64,000 nucleotides of DNA, taken from positions 32,001-96,000 of the forward strand of contig JBCCHT010000015.1 in NCBI GenBank assembly GCA_039028615.1. Reading direction: 5' to 3'. Position numbers and translations under genes: made by a program. A model generated the notes under the pieces. The model saw only the letters and a list, made by a program, of their open reading frames with translations. It ran no database searches and had not been told where the DNA came from. Numbering within the stretch: position 1 is the stretch's first letter; each line of letters opens with the position of its first letter. Positions 49,322 to 59,089 of the stretch are shown here, in pieces. This stretch comes from Myxococcota bacterium. GTDB lineage: Bacteria > Myxococcota_A > Polyangia > Nannocystales > Nannocystaceae.

Positions 49322-49990
49322 TCAGCCTTCGACCCAGGCAGGCGTGCTGGGCTGGATGCGATAGCGTCGCCGCAGGGCGTCTATGGGCTCGTCCCAGAGG
49401 TCTTCCCACTGCACGAGCAGCAGTGGCTCCGCCTGGCGACCGCTGTCGTACGCCTCGCGTAGGGCGTGGCGGAGGGCGGCCCAGCGCGCCTCGAGCACCA
49501 TGTGCTTGACGGAGCCGAACAAGACCACGAGGGCGGAGATGGGGAGGCGGAGGTGACCGAGCACAAAGGCGTGGACGAGCACCTCTTCGTGGCCTCGTGT
49601 GCCCAGGCCGAGCAGGACATGCCAGATGTCGTGGACCTGCCGGTAGCGTCGAATGAGGTACCGAACGTCGGGATCGTCGACGTGGTCGGCCGGCGTGTCA
49701 TCGAGGAACATCTCGAGGCGATGGGCATCGAGGTGTCGGGCGTACGCACCACCGAGGGTCTCGGCCGGTAGCGTGCGCAAGAGCTGGATATCCACGTGGG
49801 GCGGGGTGAGCTGCGGGCGCTTTGCGAGCATGTCCGGCTCGCGTCCGTGGGCGCGAAGGTCCTGCAGCAGAGCGGTGAAGCGACCGCGACTGGTGATCTC
49901 CGCGACGCGGTGGATCTTCGTCGTGCGCCTGGAGTCTCGCAGCACGGCGATCGTGTAGCGGACTACGAGCCACCATTCGCGCATCGTCAT
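49322..49990 (-). CDS. Coq4-family protein
   Basis: LPAETLGGAY; RYRQVHDIWHVLLG...EE (HDxxH-x11-E); WEDLWDEPI..LR. Confidence 0.82.
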   Translation of the reverse strand: MTMREWWLVVRYTIAVLRDSRRTTKIHRVAEITSRGRFTALLQDLRAHGREPDMLAKRPQLTPPHVDIQLLRTLPAETLGGAYARHLDAHRLEMFLDDTPADHVDDPDVRYLIRRYRQVHDIWHVLLGLGTRGHEEVLVHAFVLGHLRLPISALVVLFGSVKHMVLEARWAALRHALREAYDSGRQAEPLLLVQWEDLWDEPIDALRRRYRIQPSTPAWVEG

Positions 49991-50144
49991 CGCGAAGCCA
50001 GTCTGCTGGCTCGCGACGGCGGGAGCAAGGGAGCGGGCCGTTGGAGTCCGCCGGACGACGATTGAAGGGCTCGAGCCCGCGAGTGGCTGCATCGGCGGCA
50101 GCCTCGCGGGGCGCTGAACCGTGTCGGTATGGCGTTCGCCTGCG

Positions 50145-52613
50145 CTAGAGGCAGTCCGGCACTTCGAACCAGTGCTCGGGCTCGTTGCGTCCGCGGTCGG
50201 CGATGAACAGGTGAATGTCGTAGGTCTCCCCCGGGGTGAGCCCGAGATCGTCGAGCTCGACGATGGTCCGGGAGACGCCGTGGAAGGGGCCGCCCAGCTC
50301 GATCTCGACCATCTGGTGATCGACGAAGAGCCAGGCATCGGCGCCGCTGCCGATGCGGATGCGCTGGCCCGGCTGGTAGGTGAACGTCGAGTCGGCCTCG
50401 ATGGTGTACCCGCGGTTGACGTCGGGATAGTCCTCGAGCCCGTAGCCGAACTCGGTCGGGACGGCGGGCGCGGTATGACCCGAGACCGGGAAGGTCATGA
50501 GCATGGCGGTGCCGTCGCGAGTCTCGTGCACGATGGGAAGCACGTCGTTGGGCACGACCTGGTTGGCCCCGGGTGTGTCGCGGAACCACTGGTCGAAGCG
50601 GGTGCTGGTGGTGAAGGGCGGTGTGTCCTCGGGCCATGCGAGCACTGGTTTCCAGGCACTGCCGTCGAACACCAGATCGGGCTCGAGCACGCCCGCGAGC
50701 TGACCCCACGCCATCTGGCGCACGGGGTCGTCGTCGGGGAGGGCGGACACGGTATCGATCATGGGCTGGAAATCGGGGAAGCTCGCCTCGAAGTCGCGGA
50801 CGCGAACGTTGACGTTCGAACAGGCGGGCTTGGGCACGATTTCCAGCTGCGCCTCACCGGGCGTCGGCCCGTGGAAGGTCAGCCAGGGCTTGTTGTGCAG
50901 CGACCCCTTGAGGGGCCAATCGCCCTGGTAGCTGCCGCTCCACTGGATTTCGTTGGGGCCGTCGAGGTCGACGACATCGGTGATGTCGATCTCCCAGACC
51001 TCGGCCGTCCACCCCGGGCACCAGTTGCTGCGATCGAAGTACCAGGTTCCCCATTGGTTGGGCGTGACGCCCTGATCGACCCGTGCGGCGCAGTCCCAGG
51101 AGCTCATCTGCACCCAGTCGTGGTCGAAGGTCTGCCCGTTGATGTGCACGTGCTGACCCAAGGTGCAGAACTCGGCGCAGGTGCCATTGCCACCTCCACC
51201 ATGGCCAGTGGCGTGGGTCTTCATGGTGACCCGGGTCGTGCCCGGCGGCGGGGTGAAGCGGTAGTGGGGGAGGCGCTCGGAGTACGCCTCGTCGAAGCGA
51301 CTGCCGGCGAACAGGGCGAGGTGCACCGCATCGCGGGGGTCTTCGGCCTCGTCCTCGTCGAGGTCGTAGAGCCGCACCTGGATGTTGGCCTGCAGGTCAC
51401 CGTTTTCGGCACCCACCCAATTGACGCGCATCGGGATGTCACCGCCGACGCGCAGGTGCGGCAGGATGTGGCTGATGTCTTGCGTCCAGCGACCGCCCGT
51501 GGCGTAGCCGCTGATGATCTTGAAGAAGGTCTCGACGGCGCCGGTCTCGGTGAGGCAGTCGGGCACGCCTTCGCATAAAGAGACCAAGATGCCGCGCTCG
51601 CCTGAGCAGTTCACCGCGTCCCCGGGAAAGTCCCCGCAGTCCTCGACCACCACCAGCTCGGCGTGATCGAAGCGTGCCATCTCCTCGGCCGAAGGGAAGG
51701 GCACGGTGACGACCCCCGTGAGCTCGGCCGCGTTGGTGGTGGTCTCGTTTTCCCAGCTCGACTCGATGATGGTGACGATCTCGAGGCCATCGCCCAGTTC
51801 GGCCTCTTGAGAGGCAAAGCGCTGGTCGAGGCGCGCTTCGTAGTTGTAGTAGCGGGCTGCATATCGGGCGTGGGTGATCTGAGCCGTCCACGTCCCGTCG
51901 CCGGTGAGCACGGCCCCTGAACCACCGTTCCTGAGGCGCTGATACTGATCGATGCCGAAGAAGTCGGCCCCCGGAGCTTCGGTGTCGAGGTAGGCGAGCA
52001 GAGGCACCGAGGCCCCCGACTGCGCGACATAGCGAAAGCGCAGCGACCACTGCTCCACCGCTTCGGGACCCAGCTGCTCGAGGTAGCTCTCGACCCGGGC
52101 TGCGATTGCATTGACTTGTTCGAGGGCCACGTCGTCGCCCGCCATCGAGTAGATGATGTAGCGGGTGTTGGGGTCGGCATCGTCGATGAGGGCTTCGATG
52201 CTCTGGCCGTCGAAGGCGGCCTGGTAGGGAATGAGGGCGGTGGCGTCGCAGCCGGTCCAGTCCTGCGACAGCGAGTAGGGACCTCGTAGGGTCTCGAAAT
52301 CGGCATCGGGGAGGAGGCCGTCGATGGCGAATTCGGTGGCGGAGTCGTCGAAGGGCTTGATGTCGAAGCCCAACGCCTCGCAGTCGGCGTCGACTGGATC
52401 GCCGCCGGTAGTGCCTCCGGTCTCGTCGGCGCTGCCCGTGGTTTCGGCGGCGTCCCCCGTGGTGCTGGTCTCGGGTTCGGCCCCGGTGCTTTCTGGGCCT
52501 CCGGTGGACGTCGTGCCGCCGCCCATCGTGACCTCGTCGTCTCCGCAGCCGCTCGAGGCGGCCAGCGACAGAGACAAGAGCACGGCAGTGGAAGCGATCC
52601 GCGTGGACATCAT
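50145..52613 (-). CDS. Lipoprotein with peptide-N-glycosidase F-like domain and C-terminal fibro-slime (PA14-like) domain
   Basis: TGHG...CAEFC and GTWYFDRSNWCPG; VRDF..SFPDFQ, FDQWFRD, FTYQPGQ, DAWLFVD. Confidence 0.78.
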   Translation of the reverse strand: MMSTRIASTAVLLSLSLAASSGCGDDEVTMGGGTTSTGGPESTGAEPETSTTGDAAETTGSADETGGTTGGDPVDADCEALGFDIKPFDDSATEFAIDGLLPDADFETLRGPYSLSQDWTGCDATALIPYQAAFDGQSIEALIDDADPNTRYIIYSMAGDDVALEQVNAIAARVESYLEQLGPEAVEQWSLRFRYVAQSGASVPLLAYLDTEAPGADFFGIDQYQRLRNGGSGAVLTGDGTWTAQITHARYAARYYNYEARLDQRFASQEAELGDGLEIVTIIESSWENETTTNAAELTGVVTVPFPSAEEMARFDHAELVVVEDCGDFPGDAVNCSGERGILVSLCEGVPDCLTETGAVETFFKIISGYATGGRWTQDISHILPHLRVGGDIPMRVNWVGAENGDLQANIQVRLYDLDEDEAEDPRDAVHLALFAGSRFDEAYSERLPHYRFTPPPGTTRVTMKTHATGHGGGGNGTCAEFCTLGQHVHINGQTFDHDWVQMSSWDCAARVDQGVTPNQWGTWYFDRSNWCPGWTAEVWEIDITDVVDLDGPNEIQWSGSYQGDWPLKGSLHNKPWLTFHGPTPGEAQLEIVPKPACSNVNVRVRDFEASFPDFQPMIDTVSALPDDDPVRQMAWGQLAGVLEPDLVFDGSAWKPVLAWPEDTPPFTTSTRFDQWFRDTPGANQVVPNDVLPIVHETRDGTAMLMTFPVSGHTAPAVPTEFGYGLEDYPDVNRGYTIEADSTFTYQPGQRIRIGSGADAWLFVDHQMVEIELGGPFHGVSRTIVELDDLGLTPGETYDIHLFIADRGRNEPEHWFEVPDCL

Positions 52614-52931
52614 ATGAGCAACTCCATGTGTGCAGAATCTGCGTTCTGCCCTAGTTCGATGAAGTGACACTATCATAGTTGATGATCGCCCGGCAGGTAC
52701 GAATCGATCGGTAGGACTCGTTCCTCAGTGTCATATTTATTTACTGATGATTAATTAGACAGTGGGTGCGCCGTGCGTCGATCCGTCATTGGGGGGATAC
52801 GACCTCGCGGCTGCCGATTCTGCCGGCGAAAACGGCATGGGGGAGGCACTGGTGGATGGGGGCAGGACTGCGTGTTCGTGTCTACTACCGCCCCCACGAC
52901 ATCGGGTGGATGTCCAGATAGGATTGGTGAC

Positions 52932-53519
52932 ATGATGCGTTCTCTCGCCGTCACGATAGCCGCTGTTCTTTCGATCTCGTGCACCTCGGACGAGGGCAGC
53001 GGTGACGGGGAGGCCATGGGCACGCTCGACGATGGGTCCATGGACGACGACGCGGATGCCGGCGCCGACGCAGGGGCCATGCTGTCCTGTGAAGAGGTGA
53101 CCTTGGCGCCTCTGGACGAAGACCCGGATCAGGGGTTCATCGATGTGACCGACTTCTGCCTGGAGGAGATCAATCGATATCGTGCGATGGAGGGGCTGGA
53201 GCCGTTTACGATCCAGGAGGACGCCCGGTGTTGCTCAGCCCTCGAAGCTCGCCAGGCTTGGTTGGACGGAACCCACCACAATGGGGACTATTGTGACTGG
53301 CGGGCTCAAGGAGCGGCGGGCGGCGGGCGCAACCCCAACGGCGACGCGCGAAAGTCCATGGAGTGGGTCCCACGGCTATTCTACCAGGAGAAGGGCGACA
53401 CCTTCGAAGAGTCGGGCGGGCACTACCAGGCGATGATGCGGCCGGAGCCGCGGCCCATCGCCTGTGGATGGTACGGCCACGACCGAGACAACCATCGAGT
53501 GGTCGTCAACTACTGGTAG
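52932..53519 (+). CDS. CAP (SCP-like) domain lipoprotein
   Basis: Lipobox SISC; CLEEINRYRA; GHYQAMM. Confidence 0.75.
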   Translation: MMRSLAVTIAAVLSISCTSDEGSGDGEAMGTLDDGSMDDDADAGADAGAMLSCEEVTLAPLDEDPDQGFIDVTDFCLEEINRYRAMEGLEPFTIQEDARCCSALEARQAWLDGTHHNGDYCDWRAQGAAGGGRNPNGDARKSMEWVPRLFYQEKGDTFEESGGHYQAMMRPEPRPIACGWYGHDRDNHRVVVNYW

Positions 53520-53543
53520 CGTGCCCGAAGGGCGACCGACGGC

Positions 53544-54866
53544 CTACCCGAGGAGCCCGGGAAGGCCGCCCGTGCCGTGCCCCGTATAGCCGAACTCGTC
53601 GATCTCGACTCCGGCCATGTTGGCGATGGAGACCAGCAGCTTGGTGTGCGCGTCGTCGTCTCCGTCGACGGTCTCGCGGTAGTCCAGCGATCGACCGGTG
53701 ACCAGCTGGCCTCCGGCCCGCCCTGCGAGCATGAACGGCATGTCGAAGTGGCCGTGGCGGTTGCCATCGTTGATGTCGCTACCGAAAAAGACGATGGTGT
53801 CGTCGAGGAGGCTTCCGCTACCGCTGGGCATCGCCGCCAGCTGCTGGATGAGGTAGACGAACTGCTCACAGTAGAAGTGGCGGAAGGCGATGAAGTCTCG
53901 CGCCAGCTGGCCCTCGAGGTCGGTGCCGTAGTGCGATGACTGATGATGATTAGTTGCCTCCGAGGCCCCGACCCCGGGGATCGTTATGGGACTGACCGGC
54001 TTGGAGAACATCAACGAGGCGACATTGGTCAGCCCGCACGACAGGGCCAAGACCGTCAGGTCCATCTGCAGCTTGGCTACGGTGGCGAACTGATCGTTGC
54101 GTTCCCAAGTCTTGGGGTAATTGTCGTTTTCATCGATGACGAACCCCTCGGTATTCCACACGATCTCGTCGCACGAGCTGGTGAAGTCGCCCTTGATCTG
54201 GGCCTCGACCTCCCGGAGCGAGTCGAGGTGGATGTCGAGCTTCTCGCGCTCGGTACCCCCGAGGGTGGTGCGCAGTCGCAGGAGGTCGTCGATGGATCGG
54301 TCGATGACGCTCTCCGAGCGGATCTGCGCCCAGTCGGGGCCCGGGTCGGGAAGGTCGGCGTCCTGGAGATCGCCAAAGAGGCGGTCGAACGCGCTGAGGG
54401 GGTTGTCATCGGGCATCACGCTCTGGCCTTGGCCGATATACGAGATGCTCCCCGCCCAGTTCTTGAAGTTGGCGGCGACCCCCAGGCCTACCGTCTTGTG
54501 CGGCACACCCTTGCCCAGGTGATCGCCGAGGAAGATGTCGAGGGAGACGTCGTTGTTGCCGGTCAGGAGCTTCGCGACGCCGCCTTCGTGGGTTCCTTCC
54601 CCGCCGTACATGGTGAGGCCGCGGACGAACACCAGGTCGTCCACGATGGGCTCGAGGGGGGCACTCATCTCGGGGAGGGTGAAGTCGGTCACGCCTCCTT
54701 GGGGGTGCCACAGGTCGCTGATCACACCGTCGGGGGTGTAGACGAACAGCACCTTGACGTCGCCGGGGGCAGCGACGGCATTGCGACCAAGCGAGAGTGC
54801 GAATGGAGAGGCGACCCCGGCGGCGCCGAGCATCTTCAGGAACGAACGTCGTGTCTTGATCAACAT
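53544..54866 (-). CDS. DUF1552 family Tat-exported protein
   Basis: TRRSFLK; YTPDG; KLDIHLDSLREVE; HHQSSH; GSLLDDTIV; AGRAGG. Confidence 0.88.
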   Translation of the reverse strand: MLIKTRRSFLKMLGAAGVASPFALSLGRNAVAAPGDVKVLFVYTPDGVISDLWHPQGGVTDFTLPEMSAPLEPIVDDLVFVRGLTMYGGEGTHEGGVAKLLTGNNDVSLDIFLGDHLGKGVPHKTVGLGVAANFKNWAGSISYIGQGQSVMPDDNPLSAFDRLFGDLQDADLPDPGPDWAQIRSESVIDRSIDDLLRLRTTLGGTEREKLDIHLDSLREVEAQIKGDFTSSCDEIVWNTEGFVIDENDNYPKTWERNDQFATVAKLQMDLTVLALSCGLTNVASLMFSKPVSPITIPGVGASEATNHHQSSHYGTDLEGQLARDFIAFRHFYCEQFVYLIQQLAAMPSGSGSLLDDTIVFFGSDINDGNRHGHFDMPFMLAGRAGGQLVTGRSLDYRETVDGDDDAHTKLLVSIANMAGVEIDEFGYTGHGTGGLPGLLG

Positions 54867-54870
54867 GGGT

Positions 54871-56535
54871 CTACTCCGTTCGAATCACGAAGGCATCGAG
54901 GAGAACGCGCTCGACGAACATCTCGCGCAGGTTGCCGCCATTGGCCGCGAGGCCCTCGTTGAGGGCGTCGATGGTGCATTGGTCTTCGGGGGTCACCGTG
55001 CGACCGCTCGTGAACCGCACGTAGTTCTCGACCACGCACGACGCCGTCGTGGGAGAGGCCGCGAGCACCTGTGCGAGCTCGTGGGGGCCGTCGAAGGGGA
55101 TGGGATCGGCCCCTGGCTCGAGGCTCGCCACTTCGCCCGAGGCGTCGATGGGGAGGTCGTTCTCCATGGCCCGGAACGCACCCACGCCGTCGTAGGACTC
55201 GAGCCCGAAGCCCACCGGATCGATGAGCAAGTGGCAGCCTCTGCACGCGGGATCGACCGAGTGCTGGCCGAATCGCTCGCGGGTGGTCGCGTCCGGATCG
55301 AGCTCGGGCGGGACGACATCCACGTCGGGCGGGGGAGGGGGCGGTGGCTGACAGAGCAGGTGATCCCGAACGAAGAGCCCCCGCAGCACGGGCGACGACT
55401 CGTTGGGGTGGGCATGGCTCGCGAGCACGCTGCCCATCATCAACAACCCACCACGTTCGGGGCCCGCGTCCACGCGCACCGGGACGCTCGAGCCAGGGGT
55501 GGGGAGCCCATAAAACTCCGCCAGGGTGTCGTCGACGAACACGTAGTCGGCCAGGAGTAGCTCTTCGACCGTCCCGGCACCCTCGTAGAGCACATGCTCG
55601 ACGAACGCCCGCTGTTCGGCCGCCATCGACTCGCGGATCTCCGGGGTGAAGTCGGGGTACAGCTGCTCGTCCTTGTTGACGTGCAGAAGCGGGCCGGTCC
55701 CGAGCCATTGCGTGAAGAACACGCTCAGCTGGGCCCGACCGCGGGGATGCTCGATGAGCCGTCGGGCGTGGGCTTCGATGCCGTCGGCCGAGTCGAGCTC
55801 TCCCGAGGCCGCGGCGTCGAACAGCTCGTTGTCCGGCATGGTGCCCCACAGCCCGTACGACAATGCCGAGGCCGTCTCGTAGGACGTCAGTCGGTAGAGC
55901 CCGTCGTCGCCGATCGGCTCACCGACTTCGGAGCGATACAGGAACTGGGGCGAGACCAGCATGGAGCGCAGGACCAATCGGACGCCCTCGTAGAAGTCGC
56001 CGTCGGTCCTCGCGGGGTCGAACAGCTCGAGGTAGAGATCGACCTCTTCGTCGGCCATCGGCCGCCGCATTGCCCGAGCACCCAGCGTCTCGATGAACAT
56101 GCGCGCGCAGTCGGGGTCGGCGGGCATGCAGCCGACCAGCGTGGCCCCGACTTGATCGACGGCGATGTCGGCCACCTCGCTCGCCAGCTCCATGTAGGCG
56201 TCCACGTGCCGCGCCGTGACCACGGCCGACGCATCGTTGTCGTAGTGCTCGATGGTCGCTTCGAGCGGGATGAGGTCGATCGGCGGCGGGGCGATGCCCA
56301 GCAGATCGGCCACGGTGGCCTCGTACTCTCGGCGCGTGAGCAGCCGAAGCATCCGCGGACCCGGTGCTCCTTGTTCGCACGCGAGCTCTCCGGCGGTCCC
56401 TCCGTCGCCCGACTCTTCTTCGCCATCTCCCCCTTCGGCCGCCGGGTCGAAACCGTCGATGCCTTTCCGACAGCCACCACCCATCGTCGCGAGCACCACC
56501 ATCGCGATTGCCGTCTTCCCAACTTCCATCGCCAT
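54871..56535 (-). CDS. DUF1592/DUF1588-type multi-domain protein
   Basis: LRLLTRREY; SPQFLYRSE; MPDNEL; SSPVLRG; CRGCH; DPVGFGLESYD. Confidence 0.88.
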   Translation of the reverse strand: MAMEVGKTAIAMVVLATMGGGCRKGIDGFDPAAEGGDGEEESGDGGTAGELACEQGAPGPRMLRLLTRREYEATVADLLGIAPPPIDLIPLEATIEHYDNDASAVVTARHVDAYMELASEVADIAVDQVGATLVGCMPADPDCARMFIETLGARAMRRPMADEEVDLYLELFDPARTDGDFYEGVRLVLRSMLVSPQFLYRSEVGEPIGDDGLYRLTSYETASALSYGLWGTMPDNELFDAAASGELDSADGIEAHARRLIEHPRGRAQLSVFFTQWLGTGPLLHVNKDEQLYPDFTPEIRESMAAEQRAFVEHVLYEGAGTVEELLLADYVFVDDTLAEFYGLPTPGSSVPVRVDAGPERGGLLMMGSVLASHAHPNESSPVLRGLFVRDHLLCQPPPPPPPDVDVVPPELDPDATTRERFGQHSVDPACRGCHLLIDPVGFGLESYDGVGAFRAMENDLPIDASGEVASLEPGADPIPFDGPHELAQVLAASPTTASCVVENYVRFTSGRTVTPEDQCTIDALNEGLAANGGNLREMFVERVLLDAFVIRTE

Positions 56536-56757
56536 GCAGATGCTGCGGCATCGATGAATTGATGAATTTATTTTCGCGGGGCGTAGAGCGTTGTTCTGAA
56601 CACTAAAACCACGATGTGCCAGTCGTCATACTCAGTTCCGGTCTGCGAATATTGCCGAAAATCTACCGAGTTTCGCGACTCCTCGCATACGACCGTACAG
56701 GTGGCACATTCGCGATTGAAGCGTTCGTGATCGAGCTGCTCTGGCCGTCGTTTCGTG

Positions 56758-56827
56758 GGGCTCAGCCCCCAGCGGCGGGGGCTTGCACACGCTCTTGCCG
56801 AGTCGTCGTCACGGTTGGGCTACGCTG
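56758..56827. repeat. 70-bp direct repeat, copy 1 (contains an AGCCCCC/GGGGGCT hairpin)
   Basis: Identical to 58962-59031. Confidence 0.92.
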
Positions 56828-56981
56828 AGTTCATGAGCGTGTCGGAAGTGAACCCCGACGTTTCCGCTGGACTCGACTCTTCGTAAGCCAGTCCGAGCGC
56901 GAGCCTCGGCTCCTCCGTTTTCCGTTGTAGGAATCGAGGAGCTTCAGCCAGTGGACGCCGCCCAGACGGCGGTGCATTGAG

Positions 56982-57926
56982 TTAGGGCCGTGACGTCAGC
57001 AGACGAGCGATAATCGAGGTGACGCCCGGGTATCGGAAATGCAGGACTCCCAACGCATCGCGATTCCCGTCCACGATCCCGTACAACATGTCGGCGAAAC
57101 CACTGGCGTCGGAGGTTGCGATTCGTTGGCACACCGCGGCGATCGTCGCTCTGAACTCGATCACGAGCTCGTTGTGTTCGGTGACCATATGCTCCACCGC
57201 CTGGTCCTCCGTCCATCCGTTCTCGCGTTGATAGGTGTGGACGAGGTTGAGGTCGTGCTCTGCATCCCCACCATCTCGGTCACGGACCAGTGAACCGAGG
57301 TCGTTGGCCAAGCACACGAGATCAACCACCTGCCGGCGGCATCGAGCGACGTCATCGCCCGTGAGCGAGTCGGCGTCGAGGGCCATCGTCATCATCCACA
57401 GGTCGATGTACGGCTCGATGAAAACGGTCTGTCGCCGGAAGTCCCAGTGCTCAGTCACGTTGAGAGCTTCTTGGCGGCTGCTTGGCTCCGCTCGTCGAAA
57501 CTCGAGGTAGTCGTGGAAGTTGCGAGTGAATGAATCGCGAACAATCCTCGGCGCTTGCGCGACTTCATCGGTTTCGGCGAGCCATGCTCGTAGCGGTGCG
57601 GTCAACGGACCCACCGACCACAGCTCATCGGCCGTGGTGAGGTCGGGTAGCTCTTCCGGTTCCGCGTCATCGATGCAGAAGAACAGGAGGCAAAAGCGTG
57701 CCGCGACATCTAGTTGGTGCGCGTTTGCGGTGGTCGGGCAGCACAAGTGCGCGTAGACACTGGCGACGACGACGGCGCGAACGTGCGGGGTATCTAACGT
57801 GGAGTCCCCGAACAGTTTCTTTTGCACCGCCCAAGAGGACGTCCGCATTGCAAGCGAATCGACCTCGGGCGTGTGCAAAACGGATTGAAACTCGTTAACC
57901 CGTGAACGAATCGCGTCGGGATTCAC
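56982..57926 (-). CDS. Class I terpene synthase (cyclase)
   Basis: LFFCIDDAEPE Asp-rich motif; RRQT; ANDLGSLVRD (NSE-type); C-terminal RY; GTG start overlaps the upstream stop (GTGA). Confidence 0.82.
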   Translation of the reverse strand: MNPDAIRSRVNEFQSVLHTPEVDSLAMRTSSWAVQKKLFGDSTLDTPHVRAVVVASVYAHLCCPTTANAHQLDVAARFCLLFFCIDDAEPEELPDLTTADELWSVGPLTAPLRAWLAETDEVAQAPRIVRDSFTRNFHDYLEFRRAEPSSRQEALNVTEHWDFRRQTVFIEPYIDLWMMTMALDADSLTGDDVARCRRQVVDLVCLANDLGSLVRDRDGGDAEHDLNLVHTYQRENGWTEDQAVEHMVTEHNELVIEFRATIAAVCQRIATSDASGFADMLYGIVDGNRDALGVLHFRYPGVTSIIARLLTSRP

Positions 57927-58345
57927 TCCAGGCCCTGAACCTGTTCCGCGATCTTCGTCAGCGCTTCGCTCGTGGTCTGAGAATCGCTGATGTGCGTCAC
58001 GGCGGCTTCCAGCTCGGACCACGGGAAAGGCTTCACGTCGGCTCCCAGCCACGACAGTGCTGTAAGCACGCCTCGAGTCATCCTGTGGTCCGACACGACG
58101 GCCGTGGTGATCCCATGTCCGCGGAACGTGTCGGCAGCGGTTTTTCGCTGGGTGGCGTCGATGGTGGCCGCGCCGATGACCAGAGCAAACAACCGCTTGA
58201 TCTTCTGTGACTGCAAAGCTTCGATGAACGGGTCCCACGACTCCAAAGGGATTTTGTCGCCCTGAGTGCGAGTCACCGTCACCATCACGTTGTCTACGAT
58301 TTCCCACTGGTGGGGCTCAGACGAGCTGTACGTGATCCTGCTCAT
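57923..58345 (-). CDS. STAS/SEC14-like small protein
   Basis: IDATQRK...TAVVSDH.MTRGVLTALSWLG...F...ELEAAV pattern of myxobacterial STAS/SEC14-like proteins. Confidence 0.7.
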   Translation of the reverse strand: MSRITYSSSEPHQWEIVDNVMVTVTRTQGDKIPLESWDPFIEALQSQKIKRLFALVIGAATIDATQRKTAADTFRGHGITTAVVSDHRMTRGVLTALSWLGADVKPFPWSELEAAVTHISDSQTTSEALTKIAEQVQGLE

Positions 58346-58961
58346 TTTCGTTGGGCGCCTGGTCGGATGCGCCAGCTGACGGGAACGATACCAAAGTCCG
58401 TCTCGTCTGGGCACGACACCTCAGCCTGCGTGGGGTGAACCCGCAGGGCCCCTTGCATCGCGATGCACGATAGCTGGTCGCAAGCACGGTCGGTCCCGCC
58501 GAGAAAACGACCGGATGCTGGGCTGCGATACTGTCTGGGCACGTGGATCGAGACCATGCCTCTGGCCGCGTCGGCTCCTTAGCCGGCTCTGGGGAAGCGT
58601 TGGCAGTGGGTGTATCCGTGCCGTTGATCACCGAGCTCGGGTCCGGTTGTTTCAGGATAGGCCGGCAGCAGTGTTGCGTGTCCTGGGCGCGATGCGCGTC
58701 CAATCGGCTGCCAGCGGCCATCTGGGCACGTATCGCTGCCAGATTGTGATGTTTCATCGACGAATTCCCGAAAACGGGCGCGATTTTGAGGCGCCTATCG
58801 AGATCGCACGGGTGCGGTTCCCGTGAGCAAGCGAGGGGATCCCCTGCGCAGCTCGGAGCATCCTGCTCGGGTGTGTTCATTCGCAAACTGCCACCCGGTG
58901 GTTCTTGTCAACAAATACGAAGCTGCAGTTCGTGGGGCCTGAGCTTTGCTCATGTTCTCGA

Positions 58962-59031
58962 GGGCTCAGCCCCCAGCGGCGGGGGCTTGCACACGCTCTT
59001 GCCGAGTCGTCGTCACGGTTGGGCTACGCTG
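58962..59031. repeat. 70-bp direct repeat, copy 2
   Basis: Identical to 56758-56827. Confidence 0.92.
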
Positions 59032-59089
59032 GTGGGGACGGAGGCGCCCGCCCGTTGCCGACTCGGTTGCCCCCCGTCGGAGTACTCCA

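Noticed and set aside
56758..56827. 70-bp repeat as a tRNA 3' end or CRISPR repeat
   Set aside because: No T-loop/CCA signature; only two copies 2.2 kb apart
56900..56990. CCCTAAC over the terpene synthase stop as a possible integron attC
   Set aside because: Does not fit RYYYAAC, no matching GTTRRRY arm found, and no integrase in the window
11904..57926. PKS, haloperoxidase and terpene synthase as one meroterpenoid cluster
   Set aside because: Separated by 10-45 kb of unrelated genes and no prenyltransferase seen
58317..58886. 189-aa minus-strand ORF upstream of the STAS/SEC14-like gene
   Set aside because: No motifs and atypical composition; more likely regulatory or non-coding
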